Of a DNA stretch of 64,000 nucleotides, positions 1 to 12,020 are shown piece after piece (positions within the stretch are counted from its first letter, which is position 1; each line of letters begins with the position of its first letter). The position numbers were made by a program, and so were the translations under genes. Origin of the DNA: Tubiluchus corallicola (lineage: Eukaryota > Animalia > Priapulida); the NCBI GenBank assembly GCA_030141605.1, contig JAQGDQ010000078.1:124001-188000 (forward strand), in the 5' to 3' direction. Below the pieces are notes generated by a model. That model was not told where the DNA came from, searched no databases, and was given only the letters and a program-made list of their open reading frames with translations.

Positions 1-241
1 GCTAGTTGACAATAGGGACAATATACTGCAGTGCCTACACATTCATACCTATTCTATCAACATAGATTACCTACAGCCAATTGGTTTGCTGCCAGTAAAT
101 TAACATATTTAATGTTCAATACCGGATTAAAGTAAAGGTTTAAGACAAAGACAATGGAACTGATGTTCTATTAGAACTTAAAACTGGGTTGTCAGATTTA
201 AGCCATTTAATGTTTGCTTGATTTTTAAGAAATAATCGTTA

Positions 242-317
242 GATGATGATGATTATGGTGAAGACGATGACGACGACGACGACGATGATGATGATGATGG
301 TGATGATGATGATGATG
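242..317. repeat. Compound (GAT)n/(GAC)n microsatellite
   Basis: Direct reading: gatgatgat...gacgacgac...gatgatgat. Confidence 0.9.
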
Positions 318-585
318 CCAAAATGTTAGTCGTTATTAGAAGCAGAATGACCAGTAAGATTTTTATAGGAGAATTTTCACATAATAATTTCTCTCCCACT
401 TAAGGCACAGATATCAGGTTAAGGTGCAGGCGGAATTGGGTTAACTACGTCTTATTAGATAACAGGAGAAAAAGTCTGCTAGAGGGCATGTATCAAGCTC
501 AAAATGCCTTGATAAAAATGATATAATGCATGCAAATGAATAACGTTACGGCAATAAACCTTGTTTCCGGTGAATAACACCTTAG

Positions 586-1636
586 ATGATGTTGTACCAC
601 GTTGACCAATATATTCTGAGACTTCTATATAATTCGTTAGTTTTCCCTTATTTACAATATTCCATCTTAACATGGGGTACGGCTTTTGCATCAATTCAAA
701 AATTAATACAGACGCAACAAAACAAAATAGTAAAATTAATAACTTTTGCTCGCAACTATGATCATGCTACACCATCGTTCGTAAAATTACAAATTTTAAA
801 AGTAAGAGATATTTACAATATTGAGTTGTTCAAATTTATGTATAAATTCAGTGCTGGTTTATTACCCGTACTTTTTAGTGAATATTTCACTAATGTTTCT
901 GATATACATTCCTACTCCACAAGAGCTGCTTCTAATGAACAGTATTTTGTAGAGAGATTTTTTACCGGACATGGTTTCAATAGCTTAAAATCACGAGGAG
1001 TTAAATTATGGAACTCGTTGCCAAAAGATACCTTTGAAGGTAGCTTATTTTCTGCTTCCAAAAAATACATAAAATTCTTACTAAATGAATATACCTGTAA
1101 TACATAACTTGTAAGATTAATAAGCAAGCTAGCAAGTTTTTTTTCTTCTCATTTCCTAAGTAATTGTTGCTCTTTCTTATACTTACTTTTTCTCTTAAAT
1201 TTTCTATATTACACTTTTTTTGATACTTATTTTATCTCTCCATACTCTCAGTTTTTTAACTTTACTCACTAACCTTGGTCAAATTCCCCTGTCAATAAGG
1301 CCCCTATTTGAAAATATATATAATAATCATAATTACTGATTAATTGTATTGTTTTGTTTAGATTTAGGTATCATCTAACTTTATTATTTTTTGTTTTCAC
1401 TTATACTGTTTTCATTTATACTGTTTTTTATTATTATTTTTTCTTATTTGTTTTTGTTATCCGCAGCCTCACCATTTATTTTTAATATACTAATTTAATT
1501 ATAAGACAGGGCAGGAGACTAGATGACCCTATGGTCCTTCCCTGCCCTGCTCCACGACTATAATTAAGTAATATTTAAAAAACTTGTCATGTCAAACAAA
1601 TTGGAGAAAATAAATGTTCTATGTCTATGTCTATGT
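586..1636 (+). mobile_element. 5'-truncated non-LTR retrotransposon (L2/Crack/Daphne-like): C-terminal end of ORF2, 3' UTR and tandem-repeat tail
   Basis: ORF 586-1107 has post-RT motifs YNSLVFPYLQYSILTWG, QNKIVKLI, LKVRDIY, HSYSTR and LWNSLP. It is followed by a T-rich UTR, AATAAA near 1608 and a (CTATGT)n tail at about 1619-1636. Confidence 0.85.
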
Positions 1637-4600
1637 AGCGAAAAGTTGTTTTGATTTCGTTCTTATTATAAAAGAAATCTAGCTGTACATGAAAAGAACA
1701 GATAGTAACAAACAGCAATTAGTTATAATTAAATGATTATAATTGCCAGCCAATCAGCTAATAGCATATTTTTTTCTTCAAGGTCTCATTCCGTCTGTTG
1801 TAGACATTGAGGCATTACAATTTATTAGAGCGTTCCACATACTCCTATCTGCAGCTAGCAACATAAGTTCTTCTACTCCTAAAACTAGATTTGGTTGAAG
1901 TTGTTAAACAGCTTTATTTATGTTAGCTATCCAAATTGTTTTTGGTTTGACAGGTTTTTGCAAGGTTTTAAGGCTTCTTTTACGGAGATTCTTACTGGTG
2001 TTTCATTTGGTAATCTGAGAGTGTCCTAGCCATTTTAATCTTCGGAACTTGACTTTTCCACTCCAAGGAATTTCTTTCGTTCTAGTTAAAAAATCTTCAA
2101 TTTTTTGATTATATACGGTTATCTTATCTTTTAAGCTTTCCTTTAAAATATTGTATGAAACGTGTCAATTTGATTTTCTTGAGTAATCGTTAAAGCCAAC
2201 GTTTCATTGTTGTGCACACATATAAAATTATGTTAGTAACATGCATTAAATAATCGAAGTCTTATGTTAAAACTTAACTTCTTAACAGCGTGCACAATGT
2301 TAATAACATTTTGAAACCAAACCCCAAAGCCGAATGTTGAAACCGAGTTTTTTAATTTTCTTTTTCGGGCCAGGTGTCATTTTAAAGACTTAAATTGCTG
2401 GACTATCATTATTGCGTCATTAACTGCTATTTGAAATACACTGGCTTCTTATCACGTCTTCAAAGAGTCAATGATTTTCGCGCATGCGTAATTTGAATGT
2501 GTGCTTACACGGCTCTACTGTATATACCGAATCGCAGATAAGGTTAGCTTTACTAAGGAATCTTTAGTATAAGTCGTTTTTGCGCGATGGTAGGTAATGT
2601 TGAATCGCTTGACAAAATTTTGTAATCGTTAACAAGTGAGTATATAAAACTTCATCTAATTGGTAAGTTTCGCTTATAAATTTATTAAAAAAATTTTGAT
2701 GCATTTAAGCAAGGTTGAACTATAAGGAAAACTTGTAAACTACAAATCAAATCATTTCATAAATTAAGTTGCTGTTAAAAATTCTAACGTGTGATTTTTT
2801 CATACATTTCTAGAATGCCACACTTTTCAAAAACGCAAAGTTTAATTAAAACAAATTTAAACGATCGCATTGACTAATATCCACTAGCGTCTTCCACTGA
2901 GTTAATGGACAGTCGTTCTGCATTAGCTTGACATTTTTGTATATTTTTATACAATGCTTAGGAATGTTAATAGATTTCAGAAAAGCAAGTTGCAAGTATA
3001 TAATATCTTCCATCGGTTTTGTTATTTACATGACGTTTCAGTCTGAATTTCAATATAATTTGGAGTGGATGTACTATCAATTTAGCGGAAATATGCTAGC
3101 GGGTACTAGCATAGTTTAAAAGTCTCCTGTTTAAATCTGTTTTAATGACTATTGTATTACTAAAAATACAATAGTTTATTCCAGTAAACTTTAATGATTC
3201 GTAAGCAGAAACGAAATTGTTATATCTTAAGCAAACGCGCTGTGTTGAATTATCGTGTGCATTTATATATGGCATGCTGAGACATAAAAACAGGACTTTA
3301 TTGTGATCCATTGTTAACAGCAGGATACTTTGTGCCGACACCTTGTGAGTTAAGTAACATGCAAATTTGGACAAACGTTCTCAACACAGCTGTGACATCA
3401 AGAAACCTTCTGCTGTTGCTGGCGGTATTGATACTTACTGTAATAAGAAACTCTCACTGCTTTTATCAAGAAGGTAGGTTGACTCAGTAATATGCTTTGA
3501 AATTCAGGTTTAAAGATTTAAAAACTTCAGTGGTAGATGACGAGAAACAACAGTTCGATATTTTTATGCGTCGTCATGTTGGGCGCGAAAGTAAAACGAT
3601 GAAACTGTTGAACCATTCAAAATTATGAAAAAATAAAGTTTAGAAATGTTACTTGCTTTATTCAGTTGTAATAACAGTAAATTAATTGCTGTTCTTTCAA
3701 ACTTTTTGTTCAATATTAAAAATGTTACCATTCTCATTACCTAAAATTCAAGATATAGTTTTGCTATATAAAAGAGTGATACAAGACTTCATTGCACAAT
3801 TTTTCTAAACGGCCCCTATCCTTAAGCCATTTTTGATAGTTAATTGTTATTGATTCGGTTAAATGTGCCTGGGTTGGGAATAATTGTATTTCAAGCGCGC
3901 CACAGGTTAAAATGTGCTACCCTCTGTCTGTTGTATTTCGTGTGTTTTTCAAGGTACATAAATTGGGGAGACAAGCTGTTCGTACATTAATTTTAATTTA
4001 ATTTTGTAAACAGTAGGATGTAGCTTGTACTTTTTGTTTTGTATAATTGTATTTTATGCTGTATGGACGAAAATCTGAAATAAAGGTATCTATCTCTCTA
4101 TTTATCGAAGTAGCTTAGCTGCTGTACAAGAGAATCATGTCTTTTTACTACAGTTAAAATATAGGTTGAAACATTTTTTACTCTGTGTGTACGCAGCGTA
4201 CAATTAAATTGTGAATCTAATATTGGACAAAAATCTCATTGGCAGCCCCTTTGTGGTAGGCCTAGGGGTACACGGAACACCAACGATTTAAAACCTATAT
4301 ACCACGAAGAGAAAGCGTATAGGTGACTTCTTAAGATCATTTGTAATCTGTAGAAGCAGTTATGCTTAGCATTAGGCCTGATTTTAATAAATTTAAAAAA
4401 GAAACTGTTTATAGAGAGTACGTCTTAATACAATTTTATGTAAAACCTATAAATAAACTTATAACGCTTATAAAATTTTAGAAATTATTTTTTTAGAAAT
4501 GATGACAATTTTAATGTAGAAAATTGGTACTTACTGTAACATATATATGTGTAATATAATGTAAATTTCATATAATTCGCCTGTTGAGAAAGACTAGAGT

Positions 4601-4987
4601 CGAAATGTTCTACTGATTGTATTAAAAATATTGAAACATGAACAAACGCTGATTTTGCAAAGCAAATTTCATTATTGTAAAAAAATCTGCCCAATCAGTC
4701 CTATGACCAAAGATGTGCGGTACGTACCTGCTGGCAGCAGAAAGCGAGTGGGTACAGCAACTTCGCGTTTAGACTCTAAACAACAAGAAATTTGAATCAA
4801 CTGCTTGACTTGTAAATGGGCACAGTGAAATCGAGTGTCAGCATGTTAATTTTTTTCGTCCTACTTCTTTTACAAATTCTTTTACAAAACTTCAAAGAGT
4901 TATTGGAAAACGTTTTAACATCAATTTTAATACATTTTACAATAAATTCTACTTATTTGATTAGATTATAAAATTAACGATTGTGGA

Positions 4988-5354
4988 CTGGGACGGATTA
5001 TCTTATAAGCCAGTATTGACTGCAGCCTAGAGCCCCTTAATCTTGGACCTCTTAAGTTTTAGTAACATTGGTGGGAAAATCTGTTTTTCACTACGGTTGT
5101 GTTGAAATATGTGGTATTTGGTTTGCAATAAATAGTAAAGTAGTGCCACTTCTTAAAGAATATTTCACTGACAAACAAAACACAGCCATTTTAGTTTATT
5201 AAAAAAACTTGCAATAAGTTTACTTCAAGCCATGTTAATGTCGCTAAAATATATCTTGAGTAAAAATATTCAAGACGGGTGCGGGCGTGTTAGAACGTGG
5301 CTGTGAGTGGGGTCCCCCATAATTTCATTAGCCTAGGCTTACAATCCGGCCTTG
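4988..5354. mobile_element. Degenerate hAT-like MITE
   Basis: Ends CTGGGACGGATT and AATCCGGCCTTG are imperfect inverted repeats resembling the ends of the 15488-16009 element. The TSD is poorly preserved. Confidence 0.45.
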
Positions 5355-6407
5355 CTTGTAGGAGTTTATTCTTAGCAAAAATTTTATATTGACGCCATTC
5401 ATATTATCCTCACTAGTCCATCTCACGGTGGATTGAAAGCTGTAATTTTATCAGCTTGTAAATTCTTGAACAGCTTAATCGGGTTTTATGATATTTACTT
5501 GTAACGCCTTTATAGTGAAGCCTTTAATTTACGGCTGTACCTGTAATACGTCGAGCCGCCTATTCTCGGCTGCATTGTAACAGTAGTCGTTGAAAGGTAA
5601 ATAATTATAAGGCTTGGATGTGACATAAACAGATGATGATATTAGCGATTGTACGTAAATCCTTGTGACAGTGGCATCACAAGGCGTAGTAGCAAGCCTG
5701 AAAATCATGCACATTGTACTTAGATGGCGGACAATAGTTTTTCAGCGGATTTCGACGGAGCATTAAGCATTAGACATATTGCTGTCACATCTACATGGTT
5801 TTGTAAGGCGTAGTGCAATCCAAGTATGCAAAAATCACACGAACTTCATAAGCTGGTGTTATCGTGATTGCGCCGTGCATAAACTCGTTTAATTACTCTG
5901 ATATGGCATCGTTTGTTGTCTGTTTTTGTTTATTTATTTATTTATTGCCTTGGGAAACAGGGCATTTATGACAGCATGTGCTCACTTTAAGCTCTTGCAG
6001 TTTTTTGCACACATCGTCAATTAATGCCTGAAAGTCACATTTTTGCAAACGTGCGTGAAGCTCCATAAAATCTGTCGTGATATTTAATGCTGCTAAAGTT
6101 TTGCTTTTCGAGTTCTAAAGAAAAGAAACCACTTCATAGACACGTAATCTTTAGCGCTACTAATACAAAGTGTATGAAACACCATTAAGGAATATAATTG
6201 TTTAAAATTATTAATTTTTACAATGTTCTAGGACAATAAGTTGCGTGAAGGGCAAGTGCCGTGCTGCTGTCTAGCTCATTGTAACGTAATTATGTTAATT
6301 CATGGTATTAATGACGTGTGAATTGATGTAATTAGTTCAGTTATCACAAGTAATTGTATTTAAACGTTTATTGCCTATCATTGTATCAATACGCTTGTTT
6401 TAATTCA

Positions 6408-6946
6408 AGGAAAGGACAAGTCACTTAGCATCTTGGTGGGTTTATTTTACTGTCATCACTTAAACTTAGAAAATATAAGAAAGAAAATTGCACAAAAACT
6501 GCCTGTAAAGCATAAAGTTAATTTGTACTACCGCCGTATAGAAATTTTCAGGCTTAGTGGTAGCCGCCATTCACTTGAAAAATATGACGTAACTGCTAAA
6601 CGTCTTGACTTTTCATAAGCGTGCGTTGCTTAAAAGAATTCAAATTTCTGCAGCTTATTAATATTCATGCAAAAATATTATAAAATTAGCTATCTGATTT
6701 TTTTATAAAAACTTATCATACTTTTAACGGAAATTGATGGGTGCTGGTTTTCTTTAGTCGGTGTCATTGGTGGAAGAATGATCGTTTAAAATGGGAGCGC
6801 CCAAGTGTGAAATGATGGCAACTTTAAAGTGTTTTTATAAATTTTACTAAGTACATGAGACGCTTATCACACTTTTGTTTCTAAATCCTAACGTTTTTCG
6901 CGAACATTGAAATAAGCCTAACTTCTCAGAAGGCTCGGCCTGTCCT
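6408..6946. mobile_element. Kolobok-like non-autonomous DNA transposon, copy 1
   Basis: AGG...CCT termini followed by TTAA on the right. Both ends are homologous to 30416-30729 (e.g. gacaagtca...gggtttatttt...cttaaacttagaa; gcgcccaag.gtgaaatg; aacttc...gaaggct...cctttaa). Confidence 0.6.
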
Positions 6947-9299
6947 TTAAGCATACAGTTAGTTTATGCATCATACAGAATACAGATACATTATGGATTG
7001 CTTCACTAATGTCATTGTTATTTTCAATGTTAAGTTTAATGTCAACATCTGATTCACAGAAAGAAAGATAATGGCAGTGGCTTTGCCCAGAATGATAGCT
7101 GATCACCTCCGTTTTATAGCGGCAGATGACTTTGCCTCTTCCTTTCCACCTCTACCCATCATGTATTGAAAAAATGACAAATATCAGCTCGCATCTTTTC
7201 ATGGCTTAAGTCTTTACCTGTACAGCAATAGATTATCTTTAAGGAGTAAAATAATTTCAGATTAACAGCTTGTAACTAATGTCAGAAACATTTGCTGCAG
7301 TTTTGTCACGAGAAAGTAACCCCCCCCCGCCATTTACTTACATGTATTTGTCTATTGACCATACATTACATTACAAATAAATAAACAAGACAGATTTAAT
7401 CAACAGTGAAAGAGACGTTTACTAGAGACGAAATCCTCTTACATTGGAATATTGTGGTTCGAGCGTACAAAACGAATAGCAATAAATTCATACAAATATT
7501 AAAAGTAGTTAGTAACTTTTTACACAATTGTATCTACATTTTATTCACACAATACATAAGAAGCTTGTGGTTGCTTATCAGAATTGTCATAGTTTCTTAT
7601 ACAAATCCTTAAATCGATCTTGGCGCCATACAAGCTGGCACACACACTTGCTTCCTCAATTAGCCCAATGAGATCTATTTCTGTAAGAAGTCCTACGGGT
7701 TCATAAGCTTGTATACAATAAGTAATCGCAGCAGCTATTGAAATAGGCTGAATGATGATTTAGCGTTATTCGGTATAATTTCATTACATTCATTCTCTTG
7801 TATCCGGCCTGCCGTCGTTAATTACCTATGCAGTCTTTATGAGATTCCGATTTCAGACATCCTAGATACAGATGTGGCCACGAAGGGCGCTAATGTTATG
7901 GAAGCTAAGAAGCCAGTTCACAAGTAATTTTCAGCAAAAAATCGCGCATTTTAGGACAGGTATACAGGAAAAAATATATTGGTCATACAATATGTACTAA
8001 TCTAAGCTGTGACGTTCAAAACCAGATTGGTCTTTTTTATAGGATTAAAACGGATTAACTCTTTAATAAGAAAATTTTCTATGTGCTCAGACGTGTTAAA
8101 ATCATGATATTTAAGAGTTACTGCTGCAACGTTTGCTGATGATATATATATCATATAGCATGATATATACATATACATACATACATACATACATACATAT
8201 AAGGGCTAAAACCAACACTGCTTAATGGCAACAAATACGGCTGGTGCAAAAAAAATGCAAATTATGGTGTGAAAATTTAACTGCGTATTGCGTACAATAA
8301 TAGTATCAGAAAATTAGAAATACGACTGTAGTGCTTCTGGCACGTGTGTAATATACCTGTACCCACATTCCCAGAAGATCGTGATAGTATTATAGTATTC
8401 GCAACAGGTTATTACTGCACACTGGCAATAGTATTATACCTGCTATTGTTAACTACATAGACTCGCCAGCTCTTGTTTTTTTATGAAATGGAATGAAATA
8501 TTAGATACCTGTAATTAGTTTCTAAAATTTATTTGGCTCTTAATTTACTACTCATGAATTTATATTTAATCTTGTATTTTTTATTTTATTGTATTTATTT
8601 TATTTTAGTACTGTATTTGTATTTTATACAGTCTTAGCTTTTATAGCGAGCATTTATATGCAGCTGTTAGTTGTAACAGCGATTGCGTGCGGCATAAATC
8701 AACAAAAATACGTTGCCATTGAATTTTCGTCTGGCAAAGTTAGAACGGATAGACAGCCCAAATTTATAGCAAGACTTCCGCCAGTCTCACCTAACTTGCT
8801 GCATTGTGTAATTCCATGAGCAGAATTAATCAAATAAAGGTTGTCATTGATTTTTTAAACCTTCTAATTTGAATATCTGCTAAATTGAAACTTCTTGCTT
8901 TTATTTGTCGCGAGTTGATTGACTAGAGTTCAACATGTGTCGGCGCTTTGTCACTCGTGATATTTTATTTAACTGTACATTAGTAACAACTAATATGCAA
9001 TTCTTGTAAATGCGAATTTCATTTTTTTCTGATGCTTCGTATTCTTAAAATCTGAATATTACAAGAAAGAAATGCTTCGCCACCTCTGTGTTCTCACAGA
9101 CAACTTGTTAGCAGAATAATGAAATCGATGCTGGCAACAGGACACCGAGTTCAAGGCGATAATTGACTTTATCTTGAACTTCTTGAACGTGTAACCATGC
9201 TTCCAGCTTCCGAGAGTCTTTCATTAAGACCATTGGCGGATGCGACAGTTCTTGATTTGTGTTAACGACTAATCCGACATAGACATACACTGCTTTTGT

Positions 9300-11989
9300 A
9301 TGTTGCACACAAAGTCTATGTTGATCCGAAAAAGAATTAACTTGTTACCGTCTTCGTCAATCGTTGTCGCCATCGTCGTCATCATCGTCATTTTCACAGT
9401 AATTCCCATTGTAATCATGATTTTCTTGACTAGGTCTAGGAATATCAAGCGGTACTTTACCTGGCTAGTAAGTGTATGGATGACCGCCGGAAAACAGCTT
9501 CTACGTACTACCATTGGTAATTTCTCTTTTTGGAGGGAGGATGTGTATGAATCTAGCCGTATTTAACATGTTTCCAACCAATACCGCCATTACTATCACA
9601 TACGAAGGGTTATTATGCATTTGAATTGTATTAGCTATAACAAAGACAAAGAGCTTTCTTGTGTCAGCGTGCGTCATTAGTAAATGAAGTGCCTAATGGC
9701 TGCTATAATGAATTTATGCAAGTCTAAGTACGCAGCAAATTTCCGCAAAACTAAATAAAAATAATTGAATAAAAGTGTTATTTGGTGTAGGAATGCCAGC
9801 TATATGGTAATTTGTGTACCTGTTAAAATGCTGACGTGAATCATTTGACCACACATCTGTATAATAGTCGTTGCACTATACGTCTATATACATTTGACAC
9901 TGCTGTTAATGCTAGCAAAACAGACATGAGTGAAACTGCAATAGCAGTACCTTTGCAAAGTTGATCATTGTTCTTGCTAAATGTAGAATTGTGATCTACA
10001 AATCAATCAGCCAATCAAAAGAACTTATTTAAATTATTAAATCAATAAATACGTAGGCAAAAATAAAGATTTACAGAAAAGCACACTTCAAATAATTAAC
10101 TTTAAAAATAATAAATTAACATTTTTGGGTGCAAGAAGCACATTTGGTTATTAAGGCCACTAGAAATGATCTATAATAATGAGTTAATAAAACGTATTAA
10201 CTATCCACATAGCTGGATGTGTCTCGGCAGTTTCATCTACTTATTTCATTGAAGGAGGACGAGAAGATATCTCCGATGAATCATTGTTTCACCTCACAAG
10301 AGAATTCTTATTTATTAGTTAGATTCTGGTCCCGCCACAAGCATTCAACATTTGTAACAGCCCATAGGTCAAACGCTGCATTTTAGTTTGTAAAATATCA
10401 AACTGTAAATTTCTAGGTTTACTGGGGATGACGGTGTGTGACGTCGGTTACTTTCCATGTGGTAACCTCACAGAATGTGTTGCCCAGAAGATGCAATGTG
10501 ATGGGACGTTGGACTGTTCCAATGGAGCTGACGAGTCGTATGAGCTCTGCCGTAAGTTCGTGTGTGTTACAACTTTTCTGTCCCTGAATTTATGTACAAC
10601 AAGTTCAACTCGAAATATGCATGGGCCGAGGGACTTAAAAAACTCAAGATGTCTGAGTTGATCAATTAATGCGAAATTTGTTCTAGCACATTCGTTCGCA
10701 GTTTCGTGGCGAGCTGTTTCCAAATGATTGCTCCTACGGTTTTCGAAAATGCCTTCGCCGCCATCTTAAATACAAGATTGGAAATCAAAAATCGATTCGA
10801 AATTCGTTCTAGTATATTCGTGTGAAGTTTTATATTGATCCATTGCATATTAACGAAACCTTAAGTTTTTTCAAAAAGATTAGCTGAGCAGTGATTTTGT
10901 GTCGAGTCCCTCGATCATAAAATACCAAAAATAATGAATCTGTATATTGGTCAACAGTACCTGGAATGGGTACACGGATAACCCTCCCTCATAAGATACA
11001 CGAATAACCCTCAATGTGTTTTTATTGTTCTATCATTTGGAAATCCTAGTTTCAACAGAAACAAAATGACCACAACGAGCCACTGATGGTGTCATAATTT
11101 TATCGAAGACTACAGTGCCAAAGTCTCTCGTTGTTAAAATTGAATTTGTTGAACTTGAAACTAGTTTCTTTCTGGTGTATTCTAAGCATAAAGTGTTAAT
11201 ATACAGACATTATAACTTTAATTGATTCAGAGTGAGATCACTTTAGTATACAGATAGTGTAACTTTAACTGATTCAGAGCGAGATCATTTTATCCTTTAA
11301 TTGCTGTCACCTCGTACACCTCGCCAAGACAAGACAGGATACGCTTGTCTTAATTAAAAAGAAACTTAAAATTTTGCATAGTGCAGGGATGCTGTAAAAC
11401 ACATTTCACAGTATTGATTTACCAATACTTCTGGTAATAGGAATAGTTCTTGTGACAGCTTCTTCAGTTGTAACAACTTTTACACAAACGCCACCTGTTA
11501 ATGAACACATCGAGTCATTTTAATTTTGTTAATTTTAAATAATTTTCCAAATTTTAATTCACTAAGTGAATTTTGTCTGCCTTGCTTTCCAGAAAACAAC
11601 GTGGGTTTTCATACAGAACTGACGAAGTCAAATTTCGTCGTGTGGCATCCTCCTGATCAAAGCAAATGTGGTAAGAAATTATCCTTAAATTATTTTTGCT
11701 TTTAGTGTACGTGACATCACCGGTCAACGTTTCAGTCGTACGGCAGTAGTTTTTTGTTAATCTATTTCTCCGATACCATCAGTCTGTCGGCTCTGCAATT
11801 TGCAGATTTTTCTTAGTTCATTGTTCAGCAGCAACAACAGTAAGAGTAGCAGTAGCTGCAGCAGTACCCACAAGAATAAACCAGAACAGTAACAACAACA
11901 ACAGCTGCAAAAGCAGGAACAGCAGCAACATTATCACCAATGGCTGTTAAATGACAGCAGCAGCAACAACAACAACAACAACTACAACA

Positions 11990-12020
<31 letters not shown>

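Noticed and set aside
2479-2668. Possible RXFP promoter or 5' UTR exon (GCGCATGCG motif, GTAAGT donor near 2663)
   Set aside because: Motifs too short to support without transcript data.
10552-10661. Read-through of the LDLa exon giving a secreted LDLa-only isoform
   Set aside because: Strong GTAAGT donor, the extension runs into a MITE, and there is no evidence of use.
11720-11790. Minus-strand CTGATGG...GAAAC hammerhead-like pattern
   Set aside because: Core mismatch and no convincing stems I/III.
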